From: a virus
Taxonomy: Duplodnaviria > Caudoviricetes
Strand: one strand, 5' to 3'
IMG/VR virus record: IMGVR_UViG_3300037069_002417
Span: 1 to 26,834 of that record
DNA: 26,834 bases
Shown here piece after piece: positions 24,924 through 26,834 of this stretch (position 1 is the first letter of the stretch; each line of letters begins with the position of its first letter). The position numbers and the translations under genes were made by a program. Under the pieces are notes generated by a model. It made no database searches and was not told where the DNA came from. It saw nothing but the letters and a program-made list of their open reading frames with translations.

Positions 24924-26834
24924 ATGGCAATGAACATCGGGCCACTCGTCGACGGATTGTATTCCGGGGCCGACCACTACCAGGAAGCCAGCGCCCGGCA
25001 GATGGCCAACGACCGGCAGAAGATGGAGCTGGACGCGCTGCGCGCCGCCCTCGCGCCGGACGACGGCAGCTTCGGCGGCCAGCCGGGTGGCCAGCCGGGT
25101 GGCCAGCCGGGGACCATGCCGAACGGCCTGCCCGATCCGACCAAATTCCCCGGCGAGACGGGTTCTACTACGGTAGCACCATCCGCCGTCTCCGGCACGC
25201 CGCCGGTGCATCAGGTGTCGCACGAGGTCGATACCTCGGAGTTGGAGCGCAAGGCCAAGAAGCCCGGCGGCGTCACGTCCGACGAGGCGGCGAAGGAAAA
25301 GCCCGGTAAGGCGATCTACGACACGCCCGCCGGACCCCCGATCCCGGACGTGAACACCGGCCTGCCGCGCAGCGACACGCCCGCCTATACCGGCACGCCA
25401 CCGGGCGCGGGCGGGGCACCCGGTACCGGGCCGGTGCCGCCGCAGCCAACCACGGCTCCCGCCTATAGCGGCACGCCGCCGGGCGCGACGGGCGACGGCT
25501 CGAATGTGCCGCCGATCACCACGGGCGGACGGAACGTGCCGCCGACCAACACCGGGACGTGGCCGCCCCAAGCCCCCACCCCGCCCGCCACGCCGGAGCA
25601 GACGCAAGAGGAAAAGCTGCTCGCGATGTCGCCGGAGGAACGCCGTCGTGCGCTGCGCGGCCCGGTCCCCGGTCGCGCCCAGGCGGTGCCCCCACCCCCA
25701 TTGACGCCGCAGAGCGCGCTGCACGGCACGGGTGGCACGGCGGAGCCGCAGGAGCCGCCGCCGCCCGCTGCCCCCATCGGGCCGGACGATGGCAGCGACA
25801 GTTTTCCCTCCCCGCGCACGCCGCCCGCTTCGCAGACGGCGGCGATGGCCCCGCGCCGCGCGCTGGGCTTCGGGCCGATCCCGGCCAATGGCGGGATGCC
25901 CAACCTGTCGCGTCCGGGACAGCGCGTGGGCGAGACCACGGAGCCGCAATCCAGCCCGAACGCAAACTATCGCTATCCGCCGGAACGTCCCGCCGCCGGT
26001 CCCTACGCCCCGCCGCCCACGCCGCCCACGCCCGCGCCGGCCGATCCGCGCTCGCCGACGACCACGCCGCAAGGCTCGGCACTGCTCAACGGCCCGCGCA
26101 ACAGCCTCGGCATGACGCCGACGCCGTCGCAGGTCGGCGCACCGCAGATGGTCGCCCCCTCGCAGCCCGGCCAGCCCGGCTGGATTTCGAGCGTGCTGGG
26201 GCATCTCAACCCGATCTCGGCCGCGCACGGCGAGACGATGCCCACGCCGGCCCCTACTACGGTAGCAACCCAACAACCTACCACGCCGACACCCACGCCC
26301 GCCGCCACGGCTGGGGCACCGGCACCCGCACCCACGCCCGCGCCCGCGCCGGCCACGCCCGCGCCTGCGCCCGCGCCGGCCTCTGCATCGGCACCGGCAA
26401 ACGCCGAGAAACCGGCCACACCCTCGGCAACGCCCCCCGCGACACAGGGCGCACCCGCCGAGAAGCCGGTCGAAAAACCCGCGCCGTCGTTCGCCAAGGG
26501 CGACCCGCAGATCGAGGGCGAGCGCCCCGACACCAGCAAGGGGGAGCAATATACGCGCGGGCCGGTGTGGCACGGGCCGTTGCTGGAATTGCAGCGGCAG
26601 CGCCCGGACTTGGCGGCGACTGTCGAGAAGATCGCCGAGCGCGAGGGCATCGACCCGGCGCGGCTGGCGGCGCACTGGTACGCCGAGAGCCGGTTGCGCA
26701 CGTCGTCGGAAGACGGCAGCGCGGGCGAGCGCGGCATCATGCAGGTCAAGCCGGGGACGCAGCAGGAAGTCGACCCGAAGATGCAGCTCAACCCGGCCAA
26801 TCTCGAAGACAGCCTCACCATGGGGGCGCGCTAC
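24924..26834 (+). CDS. Large internal virion protein with lytic transglycosylase (SLT) domain; 3'-truncated (at least 637 aa)
   Basis: AGGAG RBS, frame open to the window end. Long Pro-rich region, then GIDPARLAAHWYAES (catalytic Glu at 26685), GIMQVKPGT, GARY. Absent from the ORF track because it has no stop. Confidence 0.85.
   Translation, partial: MAMNIGPLVDGLYSGADHYQEASARQMANDRQKMELDALRAALAPDDGSFGGQPGGQPGGQPGTMPNGLPDPTKFPGETGSTTVAPSAVSGTPPVHQVSHEVDTSELERKAKKPGGVTSDEAAKEKPGKAIYDTPAGPPIPDVNTGLPRSDTPAYTGTPPGAGGAPGTGPVPPQPTTAPAYSGTPPGATGDGSNVPPITTGGRNVPPTNTGTWPPQAPTPPATPEQTQEEKLLAMSPEERRRALRGPVPGRAQAVPPPPLTPQSALHGTGGTAEPQEPPPPAAPIGPDDGSDSFPSPRTPPASQTAAMAPRRALGFGPIPANGGMPNLSRPGQRVGETTEPQSSPNANYRYPPERPAAGPYAPPPTPPTPAPADPRSPTTTPQGSALLNGPRNSLGMTPTPSQVGAPQMVAPSQPGQPGWISSVLGHLNPISAAHGETMPTPAPTTVATQQPTTPTPTPAATAGAPAPAPTPAPAPATPAPAPAPASASAPANAEKPATPSATPPATQGAPAEKPVEKPAPSFAKGDPQIEGERPDTSKGEQYTRGPVWHGPLLELQRQRPDLAATVEKIAEREGIDPARLAAHWYAESRLRTSSEDGSAGERGIMQVKPGTQQEVDPKMQLNPANLEDSLTMGARY

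Larger units (their letters stand above)
623..26268. repeat. Dispersed palindromic motif CTACTAC-N-GTAGTAG (about 24-28 copies)
   Basis: Copies with 3 or fewer mismatches start at 623, 886, 1651*, 2236*, 2587, 3202, 4125, 5444, 7269, 9671, 11083 (perfect), 12849, 14130, 15534, 16522, 16820*, 18102, 20077, 20108, 20489, 22018, 23672, 25165, 26254 (* = no central spacer base). More degenerate copies at 1678, 9108, 18741, 20505. Confidence 0.93.

Noticed and set aside
623-26268. Palindrome copies as a CRISPR array or REP/MITE family
   Set aside because: Only 14-15 bp, irregularly spaced hundreds to thousands of bp apart, often in-frame inside genes, with no cas or transposase gene and no target-site duplications.

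Overview
GC-rich segment of a tailed dsDNA phage with a podovirus-type virion module, probably from an alphaproteobacterial host (inference). Left part: a non-coding degenerate inverted-repeat region (113-470), a leftward 322-aa unknown gene, about 1 kb of non-coding DNA with a terminator and a G-tract cluster, then a plasmid-like maintenance block (winged-HTH regulator, HTH Rep-like protein, type Ib ParA, ribbon-helix-helix partner), which suggests a phage-plasmid. Next come a DUF5675-like lysin, a head-spike base/fibre pair, an inverted terS-terL pair, and a rightward operon: portal, scaffold, major capsid, adaptors, two fibres, nozzle, GNAT protein and ejection proteins. The last gene is truncated by the window edge and carries a lytic transglycosylase domain. 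The most striking unexplained signal is a palindrome, CTACTAC-N-GTAGTAG. I counted by eye about 24 copies with 3 or fewer mismatches plus about 4 more degenerate ones, roughly one per kb. They sit both at gene starts or junctions and inside coding sequence, where they force rare codons. All product calls come from recognising motifs and synteny by eye, with no database search.
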